A stretch of 64,000 nucleotides of DNA. Source: Octopus bimaculoides (taxonomy: Eukaryota). This document shows, one piece after another, positions 13,625 through 25,350 of the stretch (position 1 is the first letter of the stretch; every line of letters begins with the position of its first letter). Location: NCBI RefSeq assembly GCF_001194135.2, contig NC_068981.1:106812430-106876429 (forward strand), written 5' to 3'. The notes under the pieces were generated by a model, which was given only the letters and a program-made list of their open reading frames with translations, searched no databases and had not been told where the DNA came from. The translations under genes and the position numbers were made by a program.

Positions 13625-14639
13625 GGATCTTTGTGGTTTTCGTCACAGTTTGCAATTATCTTTAAAAAAACTTTTTTAATGTATCATATAGATATAATTT
13701 TTGATGCTGAATCCGAATTTGTTATTCATTTATTCCAGAAAATTTGACAAAAATGTTACAGGTGTTCAAAGTTTGATAATTTTCAGCCAATCTGAAAACA
13801 GCACATTCACTGCCTCTTCCATCATCAGAAGCAGGTGGGGTGGGGGGCATTGGCATGTCAAAACATTGCTAGAAATAACTGTCAAAATATTAGAATATAC
13901 ACAAATGAAGTTAACAACATTTGTGAGCAAATTAAATATTTGAAAGCTATGAACAAACAAACCAACAAGAGTTGCTAGAAATAAGTCAAAGGTTTGTTTA
14001 AAACAGACATTTATTAGTTTAAAAAAATTCAAGAATGAAAGTTTGCAATACTTTAAAATTTTATAAAATAAAGTAGCTGTTTCTGTGCCGTCAAAAATGA
14101 CAGCTAATTGTAGTATTTTATATATAAATATGGATGGTAAGTCAAATTAATACACTTGTCAGTGTTCACATACTTACCTTGTACATACACACACATACAC
14201 ACATAGAGCTGAAATGCTGTTTGATTTTTCTTTTCAGCATTGAATGTTCATCTTCCCACCACTTTGCTATCACTTCTTCCTTCCTTATTCACCTATCACC
14301 CCTTCCTTTCTCATTCATATGTTGTGATGGAGAAAAACATGAGTATTATTGTAATAGATTATCTTTCACATATCTCCTCCTTTTCCTTGTGCACATGTGC
14401 AATATTTTTGGTTACTATGGAAACAGAGTTTTTCGCCATGGTGATGTATAAAATACTCGCTTCTGAATGGCTAAAATACCCAAATTTTGCAAATTTTAAA
14501 GGCTAATAACTTTTTAATTATGGTTATATACAAAACACAAATTTCATTTTCATAATTAGGATACAAAACTTAATCCACATACCAAATTTGAAAACAATTG
14601 GAACAAAATTGTAAACAGTGATGAAAACCACAAAGATCC
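13625..14639. mobile_element. Non-autonomous DNA transposon, 33-bp TIR beginning GGATC, 8-bp TSD
   Basis: Left GGATCTTTGTGGTTTTCGTCACAGTTTGCAATT; right AATTGTAAACAGTGATGAAAACCACAAAGATCC; TAGAAGTG duplicated at 13617-13624 and 14640-14647. Confidence 0.85.
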
Positions 14640-15230
14640 TAGAAGTGTGAGAGATGATGCACTGAAATCAGCCATCTCTACTGGAATAGGTGGAGTATAA
14701 AAAATTATTTTGTCACTTATGAAATTAGCTGTACATGTTGAATATTCAAAACAACAATAAAGAAAAGTGTTATTTTCTCCCCCTTTAGCTACATAATTGG
14801 TTTGGTTTAATTGCCAATAAATAGCTATGATAAAACCAATTTTTAGATGTCTGATTCATTAAAGAAATATGCTTCCTGGTAATAAAAAGAAGCAACTAAT
14901 TTCTGATGAGTAAGCTTTAAAATGATTATTGAACCATATCTAAATGGGTGTTAACATTTATTGCTGCTTGGCAGACCTTGGGAAGATTTTAAATATTATT
15001 TGCTTCAGAGGTGAATGACACACATTGTAGACAAAAATGGTGTTCTGAGTAAACTTCTTTGTTGTGGTGGATACTCTGCTTTGGGGAGGAGTTATAGCAG
15101 GAGTAGGTGAACGGTGGGTTGAACAAAATAATTATATTGGATTAAAATTTTAGATTCAAAACAATTTTTTCATAAGAACTATTCAAGCCATGACTGCAAG
15201 TAAATATGTGGTAATATTATATGCATATGA

Positions 15231-15442
15231 AAGGTGGTCAACTAGCAGAATTGTTAGCACACTGGGGAAAATGATTTGTGGCATTTCGTTCCTCTTTATG
15301 TTTAGCGTTCAAATTTTGTTATGGTCAACTTTGCCTTTCATCCTTTTGAGGTTTATAAAGTAAGTACCAGTCAAGCAATGGGGTCAATGTAAATGATTTA
15401 CCCTCCCCTGGAGTTGCTGGGCTTGTGCCAAAATTTGAAATC
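15231..15442 (+). mobile_element. tRNA-headed SINE, near full length (aaggyggc-head family)
   Basis: A-box-like ctagcagaattgttagc, B-box-like gcgttcaaatt, body gtcaactttgcctttcatcctttt and tail cttgtgccaaaatttgaaatc. Confidence 0.8.
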
Positions 15443-15679
15443 AATTTTATATTCCTATGAATATCACTGGTATGGCAAAAACAAGTGTTAGACTAAGTGT
15501 ATTTTAGTATTTAGTTTAATTTTTCTATGTTGTGTTCAAATTCTGACAATAAAACCAGTAATGTACTTGGGTTAGCTCATTTGCTATGGTTGTTCCCCAA
15601 AATTAAGGTGGCTGTGTTAAGTGGGTCACATTAAAGTGGTATGCAGCTAATTTGTTAAATGCCCCCCCCCCCCAAAAAA

Positions 15680-15785
15680 AAAACAGAGGCCATTGCAGTA
15701 ATGATAAAAGAAGCAGAGAGAAGAGTTGGTGTGTCTGGAAATTACAGTTGTAGAGTATGCATGAATGAAGCTTTGCCAATCAGCT
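15680..15785 (-). mobile_element. CR1/Jockey-group LINE fragment
   Basis: Translates to ...SRHTNSSLCFFYHYCNGLC, resembling the LQSL.RR..SLC.FY.YY.G.C segment at ~4370-4450. Confidence 0.4.
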
Positions 15786-15834
15786 AAATGACTGCTCTCT
15801 TTGATGTAATCTTGGTTGTTTGTATATGCAGAAA

Positions 15835-15935
15835 CAACACTGTTCTCAAGAACACAACACACAGCCCAGTCCAAGAATTGAACTCACTACCTCATGATTG
15901 TGAGCCCAATGCTCTACCACTGACCCATGTGCCTT
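15835..15935 (-). mobile_element. 5' head of a second tRNA-derived SINE family
   Basis: Reverse complement aaggcacatgggtcagtggtagagcattgggctcacaatcatgaggtagtgagttcaattc matches the head at 53794. Confidence 0.75.
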
Positions 15936-16546
15936 ATAAGGTCAGTGAATTATATATAAAAAAAACAAAAAAACCTCAAGAAGTCAGAGTTGAATTAGTC
16001 AATAGATTAAGTACCAATATTATCTTGGTATCAATTCAGTTGTCCCTAAATATTTGCCTGTCAATGTCTTTCCATGTATCTAATGTAAAGAATCAATAAT
16101 ATTACTGCCACCAATTATAAAATAATGTCTCCTATTACTATGCATTCATTTTACCAGCCACTATATCTCTAAATTTAAAGCCTTTGACACACACACGCAC
16201 ACAACTATATTATATATGAATGCTATGCAGGAATTTATTAGAAATTAATAAGTTCAAGTCTTATGTGATGTTTTCTTACAACACTTGTTACTGGGAGGAT
16301 ATGTTATTGCAAATAAATATTTCTTGAATAGTGTAAGATTTCATGAGAAATTGGAATGAAAAGTTCAAAAGGAAATTTGTGTGTATATAGTGGGTAGAAC
16401 AATTAATCCTAGCCACAGTTTAGCTATAAAACTATATAATAGATGAATTAATGAAATTGATTATGCTGTTCTGGTTGTAAGTGAGAGTTGAGAAAGATTA
16501 GTAGAATTTGTAAAGAAAAAAAGCCTTTTTATCAGGCCATCAGTTT

Positions 16547-16606
16547 AATAATAATAATAATAATAATAATAATGATAATAATGATAATAGCAACAACAAC
16601 AACAAC
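16547..16606. repeat. Compound (TAA)n-(CAA)n microsatellite
   Basis: Read directly. Confidence 0.9.
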
Positions 16607-17350
16607 GCTCTGTTCTTCACTTGTTGCATTACTACATCATATACTTTGAACTATATTACTCTAAGGAAATCCTTTTGTTTTTTAATCTAGTTTCTATGTT
16701 AGTGTAAATTCTCTCATCGCCTCCCTCTTACTCTCCCTTCTCTCTCATGCACTCACTTGTACACAGAGGCAAGAAACAAGAGATAAATATAAACAAAAAC
16801 AATATGGGTTTGTGTAGGTATTACTCCACATAGTTAATTAAAAAAAAAGCAACAGAAAAAAACAAAACAATGCAGTAGTAATAAGCAAGATTGAGAAAAA
16901 ATACACCTCAGTTTAATAATGCCTATTAGTTGATGGAAACTCCGACTGCCTATCAGGATTTGGAACAGCTTGTGAAAACTAAGTTTTTAATGAGCTGGAA
17001 CTGAAATATGTCAACTTGTACTGATGATTCAGTAGCTATTAGCATCTTTTTTTTTTGTTTGTTTTTCTTTCATAGCAATTTTTGATCTCTGAATGCTTGA
17101 AAGTTATGAAAGTTTTAGATCATGATGCGAACATTTATACATTAATGATATTAGCTTATTTTATTTACTCACCTTTTTAAAATTAGTTGTTCACTCACAC
17201 CTTTAACTTACAACAGTGAAATAACTAAAACAATGAGTAAGCCTCTAAATAGTCCAATATGCAGAAATAGTGGATATTTTTCATTTTCTTCCAGCCACTT
17301 GAAGATTTTTCAATTCTCAATAGACTGTCTTCAAATTTTCCATGCATATA

Positions 17351-17546
17351 CTCTTACTCTTTTACTTGTTTCAGTCATTTGACTGCGGTCATGCTGGAGC
17401 ACTGCCTTTAGTCAAGCAAATCAACCCCAGGACTTATTCTTTGGAAGCCTAGTACTTATTCTATCTGTCTCTTTTGCCAAACCGCTAAGTTATGGGGACG
17501 TAAACACCCCAGCATCGGTTGTCAAGCAATGTTGGGGGGACAAACA

Positions 17547-17584
<38 letters not shown>

Positions 17585-17748
17585 CGACGAGCTTCTTTCA
17601 GTTTCCGTCTACCAAATCCACTCACAAAGCTTTGGTCGGCCCGAGGCTATAGTAGAAGACACTTGCCCAAGGTGCCACGCAGTGGGACTGAACCCAGAAC
17701 CATGTGATTGGTAAGCAAGCTACTTACCACACAGCCACTCCCGCGCAT
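17351..17748 (-). mobile_element. Full-length tRNA-derived SINE with internal (CA)n (octopus OR/OK-like family)
   Basis: Head with A/B boxes (gtggctgtgtggtaag; ggttcagtccc), gtgagtggatttggtagacggaaactgaaagaag, central microsatellite and gactgaaacaagtaaaagag tail; CpGs relatively well preserved. Confidence 0.92.
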
Positions 17749-17871
17749 CTGGAAATTTTTTTTGAAAACTTAATAATTAACAAGATAGAAACATTTAGAG
17801 TTACATATCTTTAGCCAGTGAAATGAGTCCAGTGTCCTCACAAGCAGAAGTTGAAACAGTTTGCTACCATA

Positions 17872-17885
17872 GTTGCTATGGCAAC
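17872..17885. promoter_or_regulatory. Sequence match to an RFX X-box (GTTGCTATGGCAAC)
   Basis: Near-palindromic match to the GTHNYY-AT-RRNAAC consensus; no gene start is visible nearby, so function is unsupported. Confidence 0.3.
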
Positions 17886-19505
17886 AAACAGACTATTGTT
17901 AAAGAAAGGAAACCTTGAAAATTGTATAGGTTTTTTTAAAAAAAGAATTTAACTAAAGCAAACAAGCAAAAAGTGATATTGAAGGAAAGTGATGATGAAG
18001 TAATATTTTTGACCTGCTGCTAGAAATAACAGCCAGAATGAAACAAGAACTCATAGACTGTCAAAAAAATAAACAGTGTAATGAAATGTTATGAAATTAA
18101 CTAAATTGAGATATGTAGTGCAGTATCTTTTGAAAGGGTTAAGTGTTCTATGGTGAAATTGGTATCCTAGTACCTCAAGAACATGCAAGTATGCACACCA
18201 CAGGTCATTGTAAGTAGTTGTTCCTGACAGAATTGATTAACAGATCCATTTTTTTAGTGTATTACAATCTTAAGAAGGTACGGCTAAAAATACATAACTG
18301 TAAATGCTTCTAACTTATAAATTAGCATGCAAAACTATGCCAACAGTACAGATTCTGAAAACTTTCAGATTAAGATTTGTAGGTGGAAGAAAATGAAAAA
18401 GATCCATAATAGCAGCTAAATCTCTTTCCAATTAACTTTATTCTCCTGAATGGTGGGAGGTACATTAAATAAATGTGATCTTAGATACACAATGTCTAAA
18501 AGAACAAAGTGGTCTTTGTTGGACCATCTTTGAATTTGGGCTGTTCAGTCAGGGCTAGTCAACTGGATATTTTAAAGAACACATTAGTTAATGTAGGCAC
18601 ATTATGTCTGGAAGAAGACTGGTTGGTCATGCTGGAATGCTTGTTAGCATAGGTCTGTACAATCAAGGATAACGTAGTTTACAAAATGTGTGTTATACAC
18701 TTAAAATGTTAAATCAAATACTTGTTTGTCAACTGTCATATTAAGTTGACAGCATACAACTACTTCATCGTATCACTACTGCATAAATCTCTCTGATAGA
18801 TTTAGAAATGTATTATTTCCAAATACTTGTTATTTAGCTCCAGAATAATACATATAACCAAAAGTATTCAAGCTATGACCATATTGTAATTTTATGTATA
18901 TTGGAACTACATTGTTCAATGTATTCATCTTTCTTTAAAACAGTAGAATGTGATTTGAGGTAACACAGCTGCTATTTCTATCAAGTCAAGTTACCACACA
19001 GGTTCCATTGTTGGTTCATTCAGACACTTGTAGATGTCTTTTTTTTTTTTTTTTTTTTTTTTACTGCACCCATGCTGGGCACTACTTTTAATCAGTTCAT
19101 ATCCAGCCTTGTATTTTTATCAGTCTGAAGGAAGCCGTCAACATCTAATCCAAAGAGTTGTCAACAAATGAAACAATCTGCCAGGATACAGTGAAGCTTT
19201 CTAATATTTAAATGTACGTCAGCGTGATACTTATTTTATTGATTGGCTAAATTGTCTTGATATACTAGATTATAAATTGGTGCACACACAGTTAAATAGA
19301 AAGGTAAATGGATCTCTGTTGGTGTCAGTGAGTGAGTATTTCAAATATTTGGTTAACTGAGTTACTTAATAAATTATAGTGTATGTGACTGATTATTCCA
19401 CAAACATTTGTTCTTTTTAACATAAACTCCAGGCACAATCAGCACAGAACTTTGAATTGTATATAGTATATGCAATAGGATTCTGTGCAATATATGTCTA
19501 TTTGA

Positions 19506-19708
19506 CCCTTGAGCATTTAGATTTCTTTGTCAAATGTATTGCTTATTTATTCACATTGTTTTAAATTAATCAAGATTTCAATGCTGTATTTTTATATTTT
19601 TAGAATGACATTGCAGTGCAGGTGTGAGAAGTTGAACCTGGCCAGGTTTAACATAAAATCGATAGAATATTTGGGCTGGAGGATATGGCTAGATTAAATG
19701 CTAAAGGG
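19506..19708. mobile_element. piggyBac-type MITE
   Basis: ttga|cccttgagcattt ... aatgctaaaggg|ttga. Confidence 0.85.
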
Positions 19709-19834
19709 TTGACTTCATTCACAAGGCTCTAACCCAAAACCATGACAAAACACTCTTACCTAAGACATTATGAAAAATGGAATCAGACTCAAGGTGGCAT
19801 GATTGTGAGGTGAACTTCTTAACCAAACACACAG

Positions 19835-19875
<41 letters not shown>

Positions 19876-21208
19876 AGAGAGAGAGAAGGCTCTTATACAA
19901 TATCTGCTTGCCAAATTTCACTCAAGGGATTGGTCAGTCTGTGGTTTTAAAGTAAGCTTGTTGACCACATGGCTATGCCTATACCTATTATCTACATTTT
20001 GATATCAATGTAGAAGCCCTTGTCAGTGAATATTTTAAACCTATATTCATTTTACATCAATTTCTTGTTTTTCTCCACCATGATATAGGTAGGAAGGATG
20101 AATTTTGGTTTTAACATAGGCATTTGCATATATAAAGTTCATTAGCTTTTACAATTGTGTGCCATTCCAGCTGCTGATTAATCAACCATTAACCATGAAA
20201 CAGGAGTGGGATCTATGGTCAACCTAGCTGACTGTGGGGACCTGAATTATGTGCCATGGTTTGAATTTGAACCAAATGTTTGTTGAAAGGTTTGAACTCA
20301 GAACTCACAGTAATTAATGCTTTTTTCCTGTACTTTCATCAGTAGAGAAACCAAGAATTATACACATATGAGATGCTAGAATGACATTTTCTGTGTTCAA
20401 TCTCTTAGAAATCAAATCAAATATAAGATAGCAATGGCTTGAAAGCTAATCTAAATTTGCCATATGAAGCTCTTTAAATAGATCTTTATCAAGTGTTCAG
20501 CTGACTGTTGCCATGCCATCATTTTCAGAGCCATGATTACTAATGTAACTAACCAACTTTGTACATAAATATTTAAATCACTGCTAAAAAAGACAAGGAA
20601 AATAATTTTCATGATTATTTTACATCTGATAAATGTTATGGTCTGCAATTTTTGATATTTTCATGAATAAAGCCCTTGTTAGCTAAGAATATTGTTGGTC
20701 TTCTGGCAAAAAGCGTGACCATTTTTATATGATTAGCAACATGGCATATGTCCTTGACTAAAATATTCAACTCAAATGCATGTTTATTCCAGCTGCATAT
20801 ATATATTACCAAGAAGTACAATCCTCCACTATAAGTACTGGTAAAGGAGTTATATTGTTTGATATTTTGTTTGGTTAGCTTATTGGTATGAACTTATTTA
20901 ATCTCTAAACAAACTCTGGAATAGACTGGTTTCCTTCCTAGGACATGATGTCTCTCAACTTAGATATAAGCTTCAACATATTCTAATACTTTGTGCTTTC
21001 AGTGATATATTGAAAGCAAGCAGGATAATAAACTGATGGTTATTGTTGATTATATTAATATCACTACTTTACTATTGCTTATTCTATGTACTCCAGAATT
21101 TATAGAAGGTAAAGTTAATCTTGTTGGGCATTTCAAATTAGAATATAAAGGAATGTTAGCAAATAACTACTGTGAAGTCAGCGTATATAACCTACGCTTT
21201 TCATTCTG

Positions 21209-22452
21209 CAGGGCGGGAAAGCAAAACCTGCATTAAAAGTTATGCTGATGTTTCACAGCAACTTCTACACCAGATGATATGAAACCTGATGCAGAACAAA
21301 GACTACATTGTCAGCTAATAATAAACTCTTTTTTTTTTTTTGTAGTAATATTGGAGAATATGACCGCACAGGAAGACAAATGCCAAAGAGTATATGATTT
21401 GGTTTGTGCATAAGTCGATCTGCAGGGGATCTCAAACATAGTCAGAGTATCCTTGCGCACAGTTTATAGCACCAGGAAGAGAATAGATATGGGCAATAGC
21501 TTTCAGAGGAAGTCTGGCAGCATTGGGACCAACAAGAAATGGAACTGGGACTTCATCAACACCCTCAAGTTCAAAATTTCAATGGACGCAACCACATCCA
21601 TAAGGAAGTTGGTTTTTGAACTTGAAGTGGACCCCAAAACCATCAGGACAGCTGACTGATGACTTGGGGCTCAAGCCCTACACCAGGACACCGAAACACC
21701 TGCTGACAGAACCTGTGAAGGCCAAGAGACTGGAGAGGTGCAAAAAGGTTCTCATATTCCTCAAGAAGAACAGGTCTGTTGTAAACTGCAGAAATGACTG
21801 GTACATTGCAGAGTCAACAGCTGACATCAGGGGTACCTTCAGAACAAAAAATCGAGCCCAGGTCATGGCCTTCGGTGTTGTGGCCTCCGATGGAAGAAAG
21901 CTGTCCATGTATTTCTACTAAGTCTGGAGAAAAGGTGGGTGCTGACACCTGCTACAAGATGCTAAGGTACCATGTCTTGTCATGGCTCAAGGCCAACTAT
22001 CCAGAGGGCAACTATGTGTGTGCCCAGGATGGTGCTCCCCGCCATACTGCCTAGAAGGTATAGAATTTCTGCAAATCCAGCTTTGCTGCTTTCTGGCCTG
22101 CGGACTTCTGGCTTTCTTCCAGCCCAGATCTCAATCCTCTGGACTATGCTGTGTGGGATATTTTCGAGCATGTCACCAACAAAACCTCCTACCCCAACAT
22201 CAACTCTCTGGAGGCTGCCATCAATGAGGAGTGTGCCAGGATGTCCAGTGACCTTGTGGTGAAGAGTTGTGCGGGGTTCTAGGGCTGTGTGGAAGCTGTA
22301 ATTGCAAACAATGTAATGCATAGAATAAATTATTTGTTTTGTAATTCTATATGAATGTTATTAACCTCTTTTTGAATTACTAAACCTATTGATGCACTGT
22401 GAGAGAGTTTCAAATGTTACAGCAAATTTGCAAGTTTTGCTTCCCCACCCTG
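21209..22452 (+). mobile_element. Tc1/mariner-superfamily transposon, DD37D (maT) family, both TIRs present
   Basis: Left TIR cagggcgggaaagcaaaacctgca; right TIR tgcaagttttgcttccccaccctg followed by TA; transposase remnant lies between. Confidence 0.92.
21360..22330 (+). pseudogene. Inactivated DD37D transposase
   Basis: ATG at 21360; HTH-like SIRKLVFELEVDPKTIR; QVMAFGVVASDG; QDGAPRH...SPDLNPLDY with 37 residues between the last two catalytic D; several stops, two frameshifts and a deletion of the first-D segment. Confidence 0.88.
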
Positions 22453-23159
22453 TACTACCTCAAGGTAGCTTGAGCTAGAAATCTTGCCTTAGGGTACAAC
22501 AAAATTTCAGCAACAGGCTTTGAATATCTGAACAGCTTAAGTTATCAAAATGATTTCACTTAAATGCTTAATGGAATTGAATTAAGTAGAATTAGATGTA
22601 ATATCCTGTCAGTTCACTCCTTGAATATCAAATCAAGCTTTTAACAAAACATTTACCATGTTTTGGTATTAAATGTTACATTTTTTTACAGTTAAAAGGC
22701 CCTTTTATTGCTCATTTCAAGATTGCATTATTTGAGCTTTTATTTGTTGGCCATCCCTATTTTGTATAGCAAAATCTTTATTTTTCTGTAGATTTTAATG
22801 TTTGACCTTATAATTTATATAAAATAATTGTGATTTTAAAATAAAGGTAAAACAAAATCTCTGCATGAGTTTTCCTTTATTGACTATTAATACAAATAAT
22901 AATAGTAGTGGTTACATATTAATTGAAATATATGTTGATAAGGGATGTATAAATGTAAATAGCTGTGCACTTAGTTTGCTTGATTGTCATTATCCAGATT
23001 GTACTAAAATATTTAACCTTTTCATTCTCTTTCCTTTCGAGTAGAGGGTGGTGTGTGTGTACACACACCTGTTTCTGTCTATATATGCTTGAGCAGGTGT
23101 ACCTTTGTGTGTACACACATGAACTATGTATGAGGGGTTTCTTATTAAGTATCATTTAA

Positions 23160-23363
23160 CTCTTTAACATTCACATTTGTCTCTCAAAAGTATTGCTTAT
23201 TTATTCACATTGTTTTAAATTAAGCATACATTATCTTGTAGCTTTGAGATTTTGATGAGGCAACTGTTATTGTGTTGCTGGTGTGAGAGGCCAGATCTGT
23301 CCAGTTTGAGCATAAAATAGGTAGAATCTTTTGGCCGAATATGGCTGAATTAATGTTAAAGGG
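23160..23363. mobile_element. piggyBac-type MITE
   Basis: ttaa|ctctttaacatt ... aatgttaaaggg|ttaa. Confidence 0.85.
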
Positions 23364-24799
23364 TTAAACATAGTGGGTGGATTGGTCTTGATTTAGCTGA
23401 ACTTGTTAATTTTCGTATTGAACTAAATTCCACAACTATTCCATTGATATATATTTTTTAAAAATCATATAAATGAAAATACTTTTTCTTTTTAATATCT
23501 CATCTCCCTAAACTTTTTAATGTTGTGTTTATTTCCACTTTATGATGAATGGTTTTGATTTAAATACTTATCAGATCCCCTCACAAACCAAAATAGTGCT
23601 TAAACTTTGCACTTTTATTTTATATTACATCAGTGCCCTACTTTCTCTACTAGATAGAAACCTGTTATCATTGATCTCAGTGTTCCAAATATTCATAATT
23701 ATTTTGATTAAATAAGGTTCAAAATTAAACTTCCTTTATTAATTTTTCTGTAAATTACCTGTTATGCAAAGTAGGATTGGCCGACAAGTAAGCTCAAGAA
23801 ATGCAATTTTGAAGTGAAAAAACACAGTAGGAATATAAGGAATATAAGGACATTTTAACTGTAAAAAAAAAAGGAGAGAGAAAAAAAAAAACACAGTAGG
23901 AATATAAGTATTTAAAGCAAAAATCACAAAAGGTATTTTCCAGATAGGTAGAGTGAGTGCTCTCTACAAACACAGTGCACAACCTATGTGAACTTGCAAT
24001 CTGATATGCTAAACATTCAGCTTGTAATTTATTTCACTAGGTTGTTACACTTTCCAGGTAGAAAATATTGATTTCTTTCATAGGCATAAACATTTTTGAT
24101 TTAGGTGAGTTATGAAATAAGTTGTGATGTTCATAAATCTCCCAGGGTTATTATTGGTGTAAATATATTGAAGTGAATGCCAACAGGATTTATAACTGGG
24201 CTATGCTCAATAGCTGACTGCACTTTATTTACTTTTAGCACTTCATACTTGTGAATATTTGTACATTTTAGAATGCAATAATTGAATAGTTAAGAAGCTC
24301 TAAAAGTTACTAAAGGATTAAAAAAGCTAATGCTTGAGCTAGAAAACAGCAACTGGCCCATTAAAAGAACTCAAATCATTATCCAGTCCTCAGTTGATCA
24401 TATTACTGATTATACTACAGTTTATATGCCAAGCTATCTTCTCAGATTAGATATTAACTGTTGTTTCTTCACTATATAATTTATCAGCCACTTAGTCTAA
24501 GAAGATAGATTATCCTACTAATGCTTAGCATAGTGATGTGTTCACCTAGTTTCATATTTGCTGATGGAAATCAAACCGTATTTCCTGTATAAAAATAAAC
24601 CAAATAAAAACTAAATGTCTAAATTACTGCACTTAGAATTACTAGCATTAAGATTACTGAGTAGTCATAGGTCTCTATTATTCCTTAGTAAATTATTAAT
24701 ACAATGCTCTTTCCAGTTGTGCCACTTGTACCACTAATTACCAAGGAACTAATTTTCATTTTGATACGCTCAGAAAATATTCTGCTCAAAGTATTTGAA

Positions 24800-25350
24800 A
24801 ATTTATATTTAACTTACCCATTCATTACATTACTGACATTGTATGGACATTTTCCTAAAATCTCATTGCTTCCTCAGTTTTATGAATATTATATAATCAG
24901 TAACTAATGTATCTTCATTCTCCTCCAACAATTTGATTACAAGATTCCATTCAGTTTTTCTGTTTTATATATATCTCATACTTTAGGTGTAATGTGTGGT
25001 CATAACTCTTGAGTTTCTGCCATTGTTTTTGTAATATAACCATTCATTATTCCTCACTTTTTTCATGCAGCTGTATACTTTGCAACTTTAACTTTACCAA
25101 ATTCATTAAATCTTGCCCACCTGCACTTCTTTTTCTTGTATTTGGCATGTTAACAACACTTAACTGAACCTGGATAAAGATGCTAAAGAGTCTATATAAC
25201 TTGTTTTCATGATAATCATGTTTGGCCCTCCATCATTCATTTTAGACATTTTTTAGTCCAGTTTATATTCAAATAATTGGTTCTTGCTACAATCATGATT
25301 ACACTAATGTTATAATATTTCTGTTTATGATGGATTTGAGGTTAATCAGC
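24800..25350 (-). mobile_element. Possible ancient L1/Tx1-like LINE remnant
   Basis: Stop-riddled frame with KMNDGGPNMI..(K.GGL.M-like) and KTEWNLVIKLL; shares a 16-bp match with 37222-37237. Confidence 0.3.

Noticed and set aside
14134-14506. Two overlapping ORFs of 105 and 88 aa
   Set aside because: Inside the non-autonomous element 13625-14639, include a (CA)n tract and show no domain motif.
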